DNA from: Patescibacteria group bacterium
GTDB lineage: Bacteria; Patescibacteriota; Microgenomatia; UBA1406; GWC2-37-13
Assembly (NCBI GenBank): GCA_041650875.1
Contig: JBAZKI010000001.1
Location: forward strand, 43,350-75,349
Direction: 5' to 3'
DNA length: 32,000 bases
The notes under the pieces are model-generated. The model did not search any database. It worked only from the letters and a program-made list of their open reading frames with translations, and had not been told where the DNA came from. Below, piece by piece: positions 17,131 to 25,124 of this stretch. The translations under genes were made by a program, and so were the position numbers. Numbering within the stretch: the first letter of the stretch is position 1; each line of letters starts with the position of its first letter.

Positions 17131-17919
17131 ATGGACTCATATGTAGTCTCGTTATTATTCTTTCCGGCATCGGTCATTGCATCCTATATGACGCTTTGGT
17201 TTGGTATAAGTATCATAGTAAAACGCAATGATATTGCCGATATCGCATGGGGGCCTGGATTTATTATTGTTGCCTTGTGTCTTATCATAAGCAGTCAGAC
17301 ATATCATCCGCGGCTTCTTCTTGCATCACTCTTGACTTTTCTTTGGGGAATGCGGCTTGCAATCCATATATTTATAAGGAACAAAAACAAAAAGGAGGAC
17401 TTCCGGTATCTTGCATGGAGAAAAGAATGGGGGGCATGGTTTTATATCAGGACATACCTTCAGGTATTTCTTTTACAAGGAGTTTTTATGCTTTTGATCA
17501 GTATGTCTGCAATCACCCTTTCTCTCTATCCCGGTAATTCTATCTCTGTTTTGGATGTTGTGGGAGTATGTGTATGGATTGTCGGATTTCTTTTTGAAAC
17601 GATTGGTGATTTACAGCTCTCACGATTCATAGCCAACTCAAGAAATAAAAAGAAAATAATGACGGAGGGACTGTGGCAGTATACGAGGCATCCGAACTAT
17701 TTTGGTGAAGTCACTGTTTGGTGGGGAATATTTCTGATTGCCTCCTCTTCACCACTTTGGTTTATCGCATTATTAAGCCCTCTTACCATATCATTCTTGA
17801 TACTGAAAGTCTCCGGAATACCTCTTCTTGAAAAAAAATATGAAGGAAATAAAGAATTTGAATTATATAAAAAAAGAACAAACGCTTTTTTTCCCTGGTT
17901 TCCAAAAAAAAACATCTGA
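17131..17919 (+). CDS. DUF1295 / steroid 5-alpha-reductase-like membrane protein
   Basis: DIAWGPGF, EDFRYLAWRKEWG and the C-terminal GLWQYTRHPNYFGEVTVWWG motif shared with the ICMT/steroid-reductase superfamily. Confidence 0.75.
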   Translation: MDSYVVSLLFFPASVIASYMTLWFGISIIVKRNDIADIAWGPGFIIVALCLIISSQTYHPRLLLASLLTFLWGMRLAIHIFIRNKNKKEDFRYLAWRKEWGAWFYIRTYLQVFLLQGVFMLLISMSAITLSLYPGNSISVLDVVGVCVWIVGFLFETIGDLQLSRFIANSRNKKKIMTEGLWQYTRHPNYFGEVTVWWGIFLIASSSPLWFIALLSPLTISFLILKVSGIPLLEKKYEGNKEFELYKKRTNAFFPWFPKKNI

Positions 17920-17922
17920 CGC

Positions 17923-18330
17923 CTACAAGATTTTTTTGCCGATCATAAAGCTTACTCCGGCAACTGTAGACGAAAGGATCACTCCCCACATCATATCGAC
18001 AATTGTCACAATAAGCGGCCAATTTTTGATCGTTGCCAGATTTGTAAGGTCGTACGTTGCATACGTACATAATCCATAAAGCGCTCCAAATAAAACAGCC
18101 TTCATGACTGTGCCTTTCTCAAGAGCAGGGCTTACACAAAAAAAGATAATACCAACAATATTTATAAGATAAAACAGTATTGCCGCAGACCAGTTTGGAG
18201 AAGGACTCATAAGATACCCTAGATATTTTCCGTAAAAATTTTTTGACATTGAAACAAGCCAGACAATATCAATTGCAAAAAAAACCGGAACCGTGAAAAC
18301 ATAAAGTTTAAGAAAATCAATTATATTCAT
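17923..18330 (-). CDS. DUF2177 family membrane protein
   Basis: I start at the first ATG, 18330 (the track ORF starts at GTG 18345). AIDIVWLVSMSKNFYGKYLGYLM...LFGALYGLCTYATYDLTNLATIKNWP...VDMMWG matches the DUF2177 pattern as I remember it. Confidence 0.65.
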   Translation of the reverse strand: MNIIDFLKLYVFTVPVFFAIDIVWLVSMSKNFYGKYLGYLMSPSPNWSAAILFYLINIVGIIFFCVSPALEKGTVMKAVLFGALYGLCTYATYDLTNLATIKNWPLIVTIVDMMWGVILSSTVAGVSFMIGKKIL

Positions 18331-18348
18331 AATTAAATGATACACCAG

Positions 18349-19326
18349 TTAATTGAGATATTTTTCAATGTTTTCCCTGTGCTCGTCAAATGTCTCTGCA
18401 CAGTATATCTGCTTATCCGAATCATGCAAATAAAACAAACACGAAGTCTCGGCAGGATGAAGCGCCGCTTCAATATAATCAATGCTGGGACTGCATATGG
18501 GTGTGGGTGGAAGACCTTTATAGAGATATGAATTGTAGGGAGAATCTTTCTTTTTTTCCCGGATATCTATTGCCCCCCACCACAGGCCGTCTTTATTTTT
18601 ACCCAAGGTATATTGCATTGTCGCATCAATTTGAAGAGGCATATCAATATTCAGCCTATTCCATATGATTCCTGATACCAGGTGCATATCCTCCGCACCC
18701 GCTGCTTCACGCGCAATAAGAGAGGCTATCTTTAGCCCGGTTGTCCATCTGATATTTTGTGCGATATAGTCATCTGCATATGGCGCAAATTTTTCATTGA
18801 ACCGGTTAATCATGCGACGGGCCACATCCTCACCTGTCTCATTAACTGGAATCAAGTAAGTATCAGGGTAATATACTCCTTCTGTATATTCGGGTTTACT
18901 TTCCGTATATACGGTGTTCCACTTAATAAGTTCCTCATCTTCCCATCCAAGACTTTCGGCCAATATCTCACCTATCTGTTCTTTCCGGAGACATGCTCCA
19001 AAAGTGATCCATATGAGGTCCGGTTTGCCTGTCATTTTTTGTGCAATTTCCCATGCGTACATATTATGCCGTAATACATAACCACCGGCCTCAATTTCCT
19101 GTTTATAATAAATCAAGCCTGTCAAAAACCGAAAAGCACCCTCATGCTTTATATATCCCTTATCCTGCAGTTTTTTGATAATAGAATCCGTGCTTTCATT
19201 TTTTTGAAGAATAAGCGTTTCTTGTTTTTCAGACCTATCCGTCGGTCCCAAAAAATAATAGAACAAAAATAATCCGGTGAAAAAAAGAATTAAGCTAAAA
19301 ATGGATAACCTCATGATAATTTTCAT
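18349..19326 (-). CDS. mltG: Endolytic murein transglycosylase MltG (YceG-like)
   Basis: N-terminal TM helix, then LASLIAREAAGAEDMHLVSGIIWNRLNIDMPLQIDATMQY and YNSYLYKGLPPTPICSPS. Confidence 0.85.
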   Translation of the reverse strand: MKIIMRLSIFSLILFFTGLFLFYYFLGPTDRSEKQETLILQKNESTDSIIKKLQDKGYIKHEGAFRFLTGLIYYKQEIEAGGYVLRHNMYAWEIAQKMTGKPDLIWITFGACLRKEQIGEILAESLGWEDEELIKWNTVYTESKPEYTEGVYYPDTYLIPVNETGEDVARRMINRFNEKFAPYADDYIAQNIRWTTGLKIASLIAREAAGAEDMHLVSGIIWNRLNIDMPLQIDATMQYTLGKNKDGLWWGAIDIREKKKDSPYNSYLYKGLPPTPICSPSIDYIEAALHPAETSCLFYLHDSDKQIYCAETFDEHRENIEKYLN

Positions 19327-19808
19327 CTTATTCGACCTCCTTTCGGGATTTTCTTGGTTTCATTATCAATATAGCGGCGCATGATGCCGCGCATGGGTCC
19401 TTTTTGAAGCCAGATAGCATCAAGTCCTGTCGCATCAATAAACCATCCCGCAGCAAAAACAACCGCAATAAAACCGATAACAATAACCAGAAAGTTTTTT
19501 TTGTATGAAAAATCATAATGTCTTAATAATTTTATGCCCGCAACAAGACCAAGACATGTCAGAATAAGCGCCCACCAGGGAAAACTTGCAAGCAATGCTT
19601 CATACCGATACTGACCCATGGGCCCATGTGCCCGGAGTACAAACCGCATGAGACTTATCAAAAATACCGACACGATAACAGTTGCAACAAGACCAACAAA
19701 AACCAATACTGATCCCAAGACAAAATATATGCGGGGTCGCATAGTGATCTTCCCTTTTTCAATTCTGTCCATCACTTCGTTTGTTATTGTCTTTGGGTTT
19801 TTTGACAT
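19323..19808 (-). CDS. Four-TM membrane protein, probable sigma-factor partner
   Basis: 161 aa. It overlaps the sigma gene's 3' end by 25 nt and the mltG start by 4 nt (ATGA). The function is positional inference. Confidence 0.55.
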   Translation of the reverse strand: MSKNPKTITNEVMDRIEKGKITMRPRIYFVLGSVLVFVGLVATVIVSVFLISLMRFVLRAHGPMGQYRYEALLASFPWWALILTCLGLVAGIKLLRHYDFSYKKNFLVIVIGFIAVVFAAGWFIDATGLDAIWLQKGPMRGIMRRYIDNETKKIPKGGRIR

Positions 19809-20332
19809 AAGTGTTTCATATAACTTTTAGCACGATTTATTCGCGTGGCAACGGTTCCCTGCGGAAGACGTAAGATGTCCCCAATTTCTTCGTATGATTT
19901 TTCTTCAAGAAAATAAAGAGCCAGAGGCTCGGAATATATAACAGGTAATTTTTCCAAACAATGGGTTATTTTCTGCTTCATCTCTTTTTGCTCAATCTCC
20001 ATCTCAATATCGGTATCATCTTTAAAATCATGATCAGGCAATGGAATCTCATTTTTGTTTTTTTGAAGAACATTCATGGCCTCATTGTGTACAATCCGAT
20101 ATATCCAGCTTGAAAACTTTTTACTGATATCAAAACCAAACAGATTCATATACGCCTTTATAAAAGATTCCTGAACCGTGTCCTTTGACATATGATAGTC
20201 ACGGAGTAGATATGTGGCATACCTCATAAGCTTATCTTCATATCTCCTCATAATCTCACGGAATAACTCCTTGTTATTTTTTCGTATATGTTCAACAAGT
20301 TTCTCATCTGTGTACTTCTTATAATCCGGCAT
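19784..20332 (-). CDS. ECF-type sigma-70 family sigma factor
   Basis: Region 2 reads KDTVQESFIKAYMNLFGFD...FSSWIYRIVHNEAMNVL. Region 4 reads YFLEEKSYEEIGDILRLPQGTVATRINRAK. TAATAT ends 6 nt before the ATG, which is leaderless geometry. Confidence 0.85.
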   Translation of the reverse strand: MPDYKKYTDEKLVEHIRKNNKELFREIMRRYEDKLMRYATYLLRDYHMSKDTVQESFIKAYMNLFGFDISKKFSSWIYRIVHNEAMNVLQKNKNEIPLPDHDFKDDTDIEMEIEQKEMKQKITHCLEKLPVIYSEPLALYFLEEKSYEEIGDILRLPQGTVATRINRAKSYMKHLCQKTQRQ

Positions 20333-20387
20333 ATGTCTATATTACTTAAAAAAACGTACTGATTTCTTACAACCCTATACGCCTATA

Positions 20388-20405
20388 CCCCGATATGTAT
20401 CGGGG
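20388..20405 (-). terminator. GC-clamped hairpin between the secreted-protein gene and the sigma gene
   Basis: CCCCGATAnnTATCGGGG is a perfect inverted repeat. No adjacent U-run follows on the minus strand, so terminator function is uncertain. Confidence 0.3.
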
Positions 20406-20435
20406 CGGCGGTTACTTGGAAATAGGAAGATTCAA

Positions 20436-20807
20436 TTATCTTGTTGCGTTTCTTCCCATACCCTGTCCTTTACCTGAACCGTTTTGCAGTCCAAGTCCTA
20501 AAGACTGTCTTAGTTTGTTTGCCTCACCACTCTTGCCTTGAAGGCTAAGTTCATGAGCTTTGGCAAATGTTGCAAAGTTGTCTTTGTTGATAACTTGGCT
20601 TACTCGTCCTTTTCCCTGCATAAGATTCTTCCATGCATTGTAGTCTTTTGACTCAAATGCCTTGACCATGGCAGTATGACGCTCTTCACTATAATTGGGT
20701 CCTTTGACATTAATATCTCCTCTATAGGCTTCTGTTGTCTTTGGAAGCATCATAGCTCCGGTCAGAATAACTGTAAGTGCAGTCAACATAAAAAGTTTTG
20801 TTTTCAT
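20436..20807 (-). CDS. Small secreted protein, unknown function
   Basis: Signal peptide MKTKLFMLTALTVILTGAMMLPKTTEA. A strong SD, GGAAGGAGGTGA, lies 9 nt before the ATG. Confidence 0.65.
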   Translation of the reverse strand: MKTKLFMLTALTVILTGAMMLPKTTEAYRGDINVKGPNYSEERHTAMVKAFESKDYNAWKNLMQGKGRVSQVINKDNFATFAKAHELSLQGKSGEANKLRQSLGLGLQNGSGKGQGMGRNATR

Positions 20808-20919
20808 ATATTTTCACCTCCTTCCTATATGTATTACAGGAAAGAGTCCTTTTTTCTTTCATAGTATATCAATATCCTTTGTATCAGAATTCTAAAAATT
20901 CCTATCATGATTTAAAATC

Positions 20920-20948
20920 TTGATAAAGGAACTGATTTTTTATACAAT
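20920..20948 (+). promoter_or_regulatory. Promoter of the EamA-type gene, leaderless geometry
   Basis: TTGATA (20920-20925), a 17-nt spacer, then TACAAT (20943-20948). ATG follows 6 nt later with no SD. Confidence 0.6.
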
Positions 20949-20954
20949 CAAGAT

Positions 20955-21377
20955 ATGCCATGGTATATTGCAGCACTATTATCTGCGGTCTTTGCAGCAC
21001 TCACCGCCATACTTGCTAAAATCGGCATAAAGGATGTAAACAGCAATCTGGCAACAGCAATACGCACAACCGTCATATTGGTATTTACCTGGGGTATTGT
21101 GTTTTTCCAAGGAACAGCATCCTCTATCTTAAAAATCGGAAAAAACAGCATGATATTCCTTATCCTGTCAGGTGTCGCAACCGGACTTTCGTGGTTGTTT
21201 TACTTTTATGCGCTGAAAGTGGGGCAAGCAAGCAAGGTCGTATCGATTGATAAACTCAGCCTGATCATCACCATCATCTTTGCCGGACTGCTTCTGAAGG
21301 AAAAGATATCAGTGCAGATCATGCTTGGCGCTTTTCTTATCACGGTCGGCACCATCATGATATCGTTTGCAAAATGA
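20955..21377 (+). CDS. Half-size EamA/DMT-superfamily transporter
   Basis: 140 aa with 4-5 TM helices. The pattern LSAVFAALTAILAKIGIKDV...ATGLSWLFYFYALKVGQASKVVSIDKLSL is typical of single-EamA-domain proteins. Confidence 0.75.
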   Translation: MPWYIAALLSAVFAALTAILAKIGIKDVNSNLATAIRTTVILVFTWGIVFFQGTASSILKIGKNSMIFLILSGVATGLSWLFYFYALKVGQASKVVSIDKLSLIITIIFAGLLLKEKISVQIMLGAFLITVGTIMISFAK

Positions 21378-21383
21378 AAAATG

Positions 21384-21415
21384 ATAGTTAACTATTCGTA
21401 TAGAAATAGTTTTTT
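21384..21415 (+). terminator. Weak terminator candidate after the EamA-type gene
   Basis: The palindrome ATAGTTAACTAT (21384-21395) overlaps the hairpin CTATT-N8-AATAG (21392-21409), which is followed by T6. Confidence 0.35.
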
Positions 21416-21435
21416 CTTCTTTGTAAAATAAGAGC

Positions 21436-21615
21436 ATGGATCCTGATAAGGACGAAACGATACCTGATCCGCTGGAAAATATAAAAAAAATCCTCAGTGT
21501 TGTCCTTGATGTACTTCTGGTGTTTTTCAGTAAAGTAGTACCTATTGTAAGTCTTGGATTTTTAGGAATACTTCTGCTTTTGTATCTTTTTTTCAAACTC
21601 TTTGGTCTGGGTTAA
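21436..21615 (+). CDS. 59-aa single-TM micro-protein (below the ORF-track cutoff)
   Basis: My translation is MDPDKDETIPDPLENIKKILSVVLDVLLVFFSKVVPIVSLGFLGILLLLYLFFKLFGLG*. TAAAAT ends 6 nt before the ATG. This is more plausible than the antisense 95-aa ORF at 21309-21596. Confidence 0.4.
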   Translation: MDPDKDETIPDPLENIKKILSVVLDVLLVFFSKVVPIVSLGFLGILLLLYLFFKLFGLG

Positions 21616-21624
21616 AAAAATTCA

Positions 21625-22242
21625 CTATTTTTTCTTCTTATGATTATGATTGTCACCTGCAGACCTATCAGATCTATTTACCCATGCAAGAAACTTATAC
21701 CTATATTGATCTGCTGAATAATATCCCGCATAATATCTCCTTACAATATCCTCAGGCAATTGTCTTAATAAAGCTTCTACTTCTTCCTGTTTACCCCATA
21801 TACCCTGTAAGTTCATAACTTGGATAATAAAATCCACTATAATCGTATCCTCAGCCCAACATCCATTCAAAAGTACCATGTGCTGATCGCGTATGGTTCT
21901 TGCAGTTAATCCATCTGCAGTTTGTTTACCGTTAAAACTCCGCATATAATCTTCATCTACTGTTTTGACTCTGACAAAACCTAATGACGACCAATCACCA
22001 AGCTGTATTTCAAAATCATGTATTTCCTTAGTATTTACTCCTATAACATCTTGCTGTTGGCGGAAGCGGGCAGGCTGAAATCCTTCAATCCAAGATGCAT
22101 TGTAAAGAGGATCAAATAAGCGTGCAATTGTTGTACGAGGATCATCAAACTCCATAGCAGGATAATGACAACCTGAACTTGCCCTAGATCTTGTTAAAGC
22201 TTGCGTTAAGAGAATCTGTACTCCAGGTTCATAATGTGTCAT
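21625..22242 (-). CDS. Orphan protein A (205 aa), no recognisable domain
   Basis: Long ORF with an ATG start and its own promoter-like cassette. By my count Arg:Lys is 16:9, against K-rich neighbours, and it ends in a basic HKKKK tail. Confidence 0.6.
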   Translation of the reverse strand: MTHYEPGVQILLTQALTRSRASSGCHYPAMEFDDPRTTIARLFDPLYNASWIEGFQPARFRQQQDVIGVNTKEIHDFEIQLGDWSSLGFVRVKTVDEDYMRSFNGKQTADGLTARTIRDQHMVLLNGCWAEDTIIVDFIIQVMNLQGIWGKQEEVEALLRQLPEDIVRRYYAGYYSADQYRYKFLAWVNRSDRSAGDNHNHKKKK

Positions 22243-22297
22243 ATATCACAAAAATGATATTGAGCTCAATTGTAGCAGATGTTTAGTAAAGAAGCAT

Positions 22298-22624
22298 TCA
22301 TTTTGCCCAAGGCATCTCACAAAGATCCTGTCTTTTTCTCATTGAACACGCGAATGTTGAATATCCCGGGTACTGACAATGATCTTTTTGCGTAAGACTA
22401 ACACTGCATAAACCCCATGCAGGGATGTCTACCGGCCTCATACCTGCAGGAAGGGGTATGGTATCCGGCATGATACGTAATGGACAGAAGGTTGCTGGAT
22501 CAACAGCAGCCTCTTGAGCAACGGGTAATAAATGCATGATAATAAATTGGAGAATATAAGCAAACTTATTCAATCTTTCTCTTGATAATAAGGTGGAAAG
22601 CAATAAACCACGCTGTACTTCCAT
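22298..22624 (-). CDS. Orphan protein B (108 aa), Cys/Pro-rich C-terminal half
   Basis: ATG start with an extended -10, TGcTATAAT, 10 nt upstream. Arg:Lys is 7:4 by my count. No domain recognised. Confidence 0.5.
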   Translation of the reverse strand: MEVQRGLLLSTLLSRERLNKFAYILQFIIMHLLPVAQEAAVDPATFCPLRIMPDTIPLPAGMRPVDIPAWGLCSVSLTQKDHCQYPGYSTFACSMRKRQDLCEMPWAK

Positions 22625-22681
22625 ATACTATGGGATTATAGCATATATTGAGCAAAAAATCATCAAGTCTTTATTTTTTTA

Positions 22682-23128
22682 TTAGTGTTGCCAAACTGCA
22701 TAGCCTTGTAAGCGAAGATAATCCGCAAGTTTTTCTTCCTGCTGTGAAACACGTATATGATCGGCTATAGGATTGTAGTCAGAGCAGAGATCAGGTCTCA
22801 GACGCAGACCATACACGCCCGGATAATAACTGCCCCGCGTATGTCCTCCTCCGCGAACAAACTCTTTGAATACTTCTTTTCCGTCACACAAACACGTATA
22901 TCCAAGAGACCTTTTTTTTGCATGAAGCTGATGCTGTATAAAACGGCATTCACAGGTATGGAGCGTTTTACCGACATACAGGCAATCCATATCCGTCTTA
23001 TGCCGCGGATTTGCCCTCATGAACTTTTTGTTTTTGACCAGATCATAATCAAGCTCAACCACATAGAGATGATGCATACCGCATCGTAGTTTACCCGAAC
23101 AACGGGGACAACATACAGCTTTTTTCAT
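22682..23128 (-). CDS. Zn-ribbon + GIY-YIG-like (URI-type) nuclease-domain protein
   Basis: N-terminal CCPRCSGKLRC, then HLYVVELD...CLYVGKT...CRFIQHQ...YGLRLRPDL...EEKLADYLRLQGYAV. This resembles the GIY...YIG...R...E layout, but with a long insert between the first two elements. Confidence 0.45.
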   Translation of the reverse strand: MKKAVCCPRCSGKLRCGMHHLYVVELDYDLVKNKKFMRANPRHKTDMDCLYVGKTLHTCECRFIQHQLHAKKRSLGYTCLCDGKEVFKEFVRGGGHTRGSYYPGVYGLRLRPDLCSDYNPIADHIRVSQQEEKLADYLRLQGYAVWQH

Positions 23129-23159
23129 GTTGATATGATGACAAATGAAAGATATAACA

Positions 23160-23597
23160 TTAATCCCCGATGTATTTGTTTTTTAACTCATACGAGATGA
23201 TTGTCGGGATATAAAACGTGATATCGGCCGCAAACTTGCCCAAGATCAGTCCGATATACACATTGTGGATGATCAAAGGAAAGATATACATTGCAAATGG
23301 TCTTATGATAAAACTGTCCAGATATTCGCTGGGTCCGAATTCCACCAGAAGATTTCTCAAAAGCTTTATCACAATAGGAATGGTGACTTGTGTATGTTTT
23401 GTTTTTAATGCTCTGAGATCTTTAAGAATGATAACTCCATAATAACCTGCAAATTCTCCCCATGTACCGCCAAGCGCTGTCAATATGGGATTATGAAATA
23501 ATGAATGGATCGTCATGCCACCAATCAGGGCTGTGCACACTGCGATGACCTCGGCAGGCAGATATCTTCTTAACCATACCTTTACTTTTTTCTTCAT
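23160..23597 (-). CDS. Four-TM membrane protein, unknown function
   Basis: 145 aa: RYLPAEVIAVCTALIGG..., EFGPSEYLDSFIIRPFAMY..., GKFAADITFY. Confidence 0.55.
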   Translation of the reverse strand: MKKKVKVWLRRYLPAEVIAVCTALIGGMTIHSLFHNPILTALGGTWGEFAGYYGVIILKDLRALKTKHTQVTIPIVIKLLRNLLVEFGPSEYLDSFIIRPFAMYIFPLIIHNVYIGLILGKFAADITFYIPTIISYELKNKYIGD

Positions 23598-23663
23598 TGA
23601 AACAGTATATCAAGTTCTGACTGTTTTGAAAGTTATAAGGCGATGATAAAAAAACAAGATTTT

Positions 23664-23930
23664 TCAATATTGTTGAGATAGTTTCAAAAGATTATCCAAT
23701 TGATGAAGAATACGCTCTGTCGTTTTATATCCACCCCTACCATAAGCTGTCTGTGAAAGCGTTGAGGATGAGTAACCCAACTGCTTTGCAATTTGACCAA
23801 GTGTCAACCCATATAAAGAAGCCATTGCCGCAATTTGCGCGCGTATATGTGGAGCCGGAGGTACGTCAACAAAACGCATATCGATCACTCTTCTCCCACC
23901 CATAATCTTATGATAATCCTCTACGTTCAT
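23664..23930 (-). CDS. Small HTH DNA-binding protein (XRE-like)
   Basis: 88 aa. LYGLTLGQIAKQLGYSSSTLSQTAYG is a helix-turn-helix pattern. TATAAT (23942-23937) ends 6 nt before the ATG. Confidence 0.6.
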   Translation of the reverse strand: MNVEDYHKIMGGRRVIDMRFVDVPPAPHIRAQIAAMASLYGLTLGQIAKQLGYSSSTLSQTAYGRGGYKTTERILHQLDNLLKLSQQY

Positions 23931-24044
23931 ACCGTTATTATAATACTCAAAGAATCAGATACCATACATACCATTGCGGTCATCCCGAATTTTATTCAAT
24001 AGATCAAATATTCGTTTATGTACTTTTTTAAAACTTTTTTTGAC

Positions 24045-24069
24045 CTATTCCTTATAATGACCGGAATAG
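24045..24069. promoter_or_regulatory. Inverted repeat CTATTCC-N11-GGAATAG enclosing a TATAAT box
   Basis: The arms are 24045-24051 and 24063-24069, with TATAAT at 24053-24058 on the plus strand. It lies in a 217-nt gap upstream of the HTH gene. Confidence 0.3.
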
Positions 24070-24147
24070 TATTATGAAATCTTCAATTATTGTTTTGCGA
24101 AAAATCCCGATTATATGTTTTTTCATAGTAGTTGTTGATTTATAACA

Positions 24148-24423
24148 TCATTTCTTACTCATCATCTTTTCCGCTTCTTTTTTTTCTTTTTCAAAAATTT
24201 CATCAAGTTCTTTTTTTGCTTTTTCGGACTTTGCTTTTCCTTCCTTAACTTTTTCATTCATACGATTTTTCATATCTGATACAGCTTTCTTTATTTTGCT
24301 GCGTGTTTTCTCGTTTGTTAGCACAGTGGTTGCAGCAGCGCCTACCCCTGCTCCTACTATTGCTCCCACAACTCCTGCCTTGACCCTACCGAAACGTTTG
24401 TTGTTTTCTTTGTTGTCCATCAT
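24148..24423 (-). CDS. YtxH-domain stress-type protein
   Basis: I start at ATG 24423, which has GGGGGGTG 7 nt upstream. A Gly-zipper helix, GVVGAIVGAGVGAAATTVL, is followed by a K/E-rich helix. Confidence 0.7.
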   Translation of the reverse strand: MMDNKENNKRFGRVKAGVVGAIVGAGVGAAATTVLTNEKTRSKIKKAVSDMKNRMNEKVKEGKAKSEKAKKELDEIFEKEKKEAEKMMSKK

Positions 24424-24555
24424 GCTTAAACACCCCCCTTCTTTTAAATCAAATATCTGTAACTTAGAATTACCTATCATAAAATATGGCGACCAGAAAA
24501 CAGATACTATTGCGTAATAAAAAAGTAAGAAAAAAAGCTAGTATTTGAAAAACGC

Positions 24556-25101
24556 TTAGAGGAGATACATATCTTTCAGCTTATGGAGCCAGTCGTGATA
24601 CATCTCGTGTTTTCCGCTTCCTACAACATTATTCTCAAGGACCTCAAAACGCTCCTCCATATTTCTTTGAAGCTCTGGCGGTAATCCTTTATCTACCTTT
24701 ATAAAAAGGATGTTTTCTTTTTGGATGTGTTCGGTTAAAAGTTGGATATAACCATGCATATTTACGGCAATATGATATGCATGAGGATTCCCATTGTTAT
24801 ACAGTTTGACTGATTCTGCAATTCCCCAGATATAGTCACGGCCTGTCATATGTTCACCCAGTAATTCATGTACGATCTGTTCATATGAGGCATCTTTGAG
24901 AAGCTCAGGAAAGAGTATCTCTTCTTCTTTTCCATGATGGCATTTATCCGCAAAAACCGTAAGATACTCAAGTATCTGATCCAGATGTTCTTTATTGACT
25001 TCTTTTTGGCTTTTGATCCTTCCTGCAACCTGATCCATGACTTTTAGCATCTGCATGATGCCACCATGTTCTTCCTGCAGATCCTGAATCGGTTTATTCA
25101 T
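24556..25101 (-). CDS. Hemerythrin-like (HHE cation-binding) domain protein
   Basis: EEHGGIMQML, CHHGKEEEILFPEL, GEHMTGRD, LTEHIQKENILF. Confidence 0.75.
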   Translation of the reverse strand: MNKPIQDLQEEHGGIMQMLKVMDQVAGRIKSQKEVNKEHLDQILEYLTVFADKCHHGKEEEILFPELLKDASYEQIVHELLGEHMTGRDYIWGIAESVKLYNNGNPHAYHIAVNMHGYIQLLTEHIQKENILFIKVDKGLPPELQRNMEERFEVLENNVVGSGKHEMYHDWLHKLKDMYLL

Positions 25102-25124
25102 AATGAAAGTATAGCAAAAAACAA

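Noticed and set aside
21309-21596. 95-aa minus-strand ORF overlapping the 3' end of the EamA-type gene
   Set aside because: It overlaps a well-supported gene and has an implausible S/T/R-rich sequence. The plus-strand 59-aa TM micro-ORF with a -10 box explains the gap better, though that ORF is itself uncertain.
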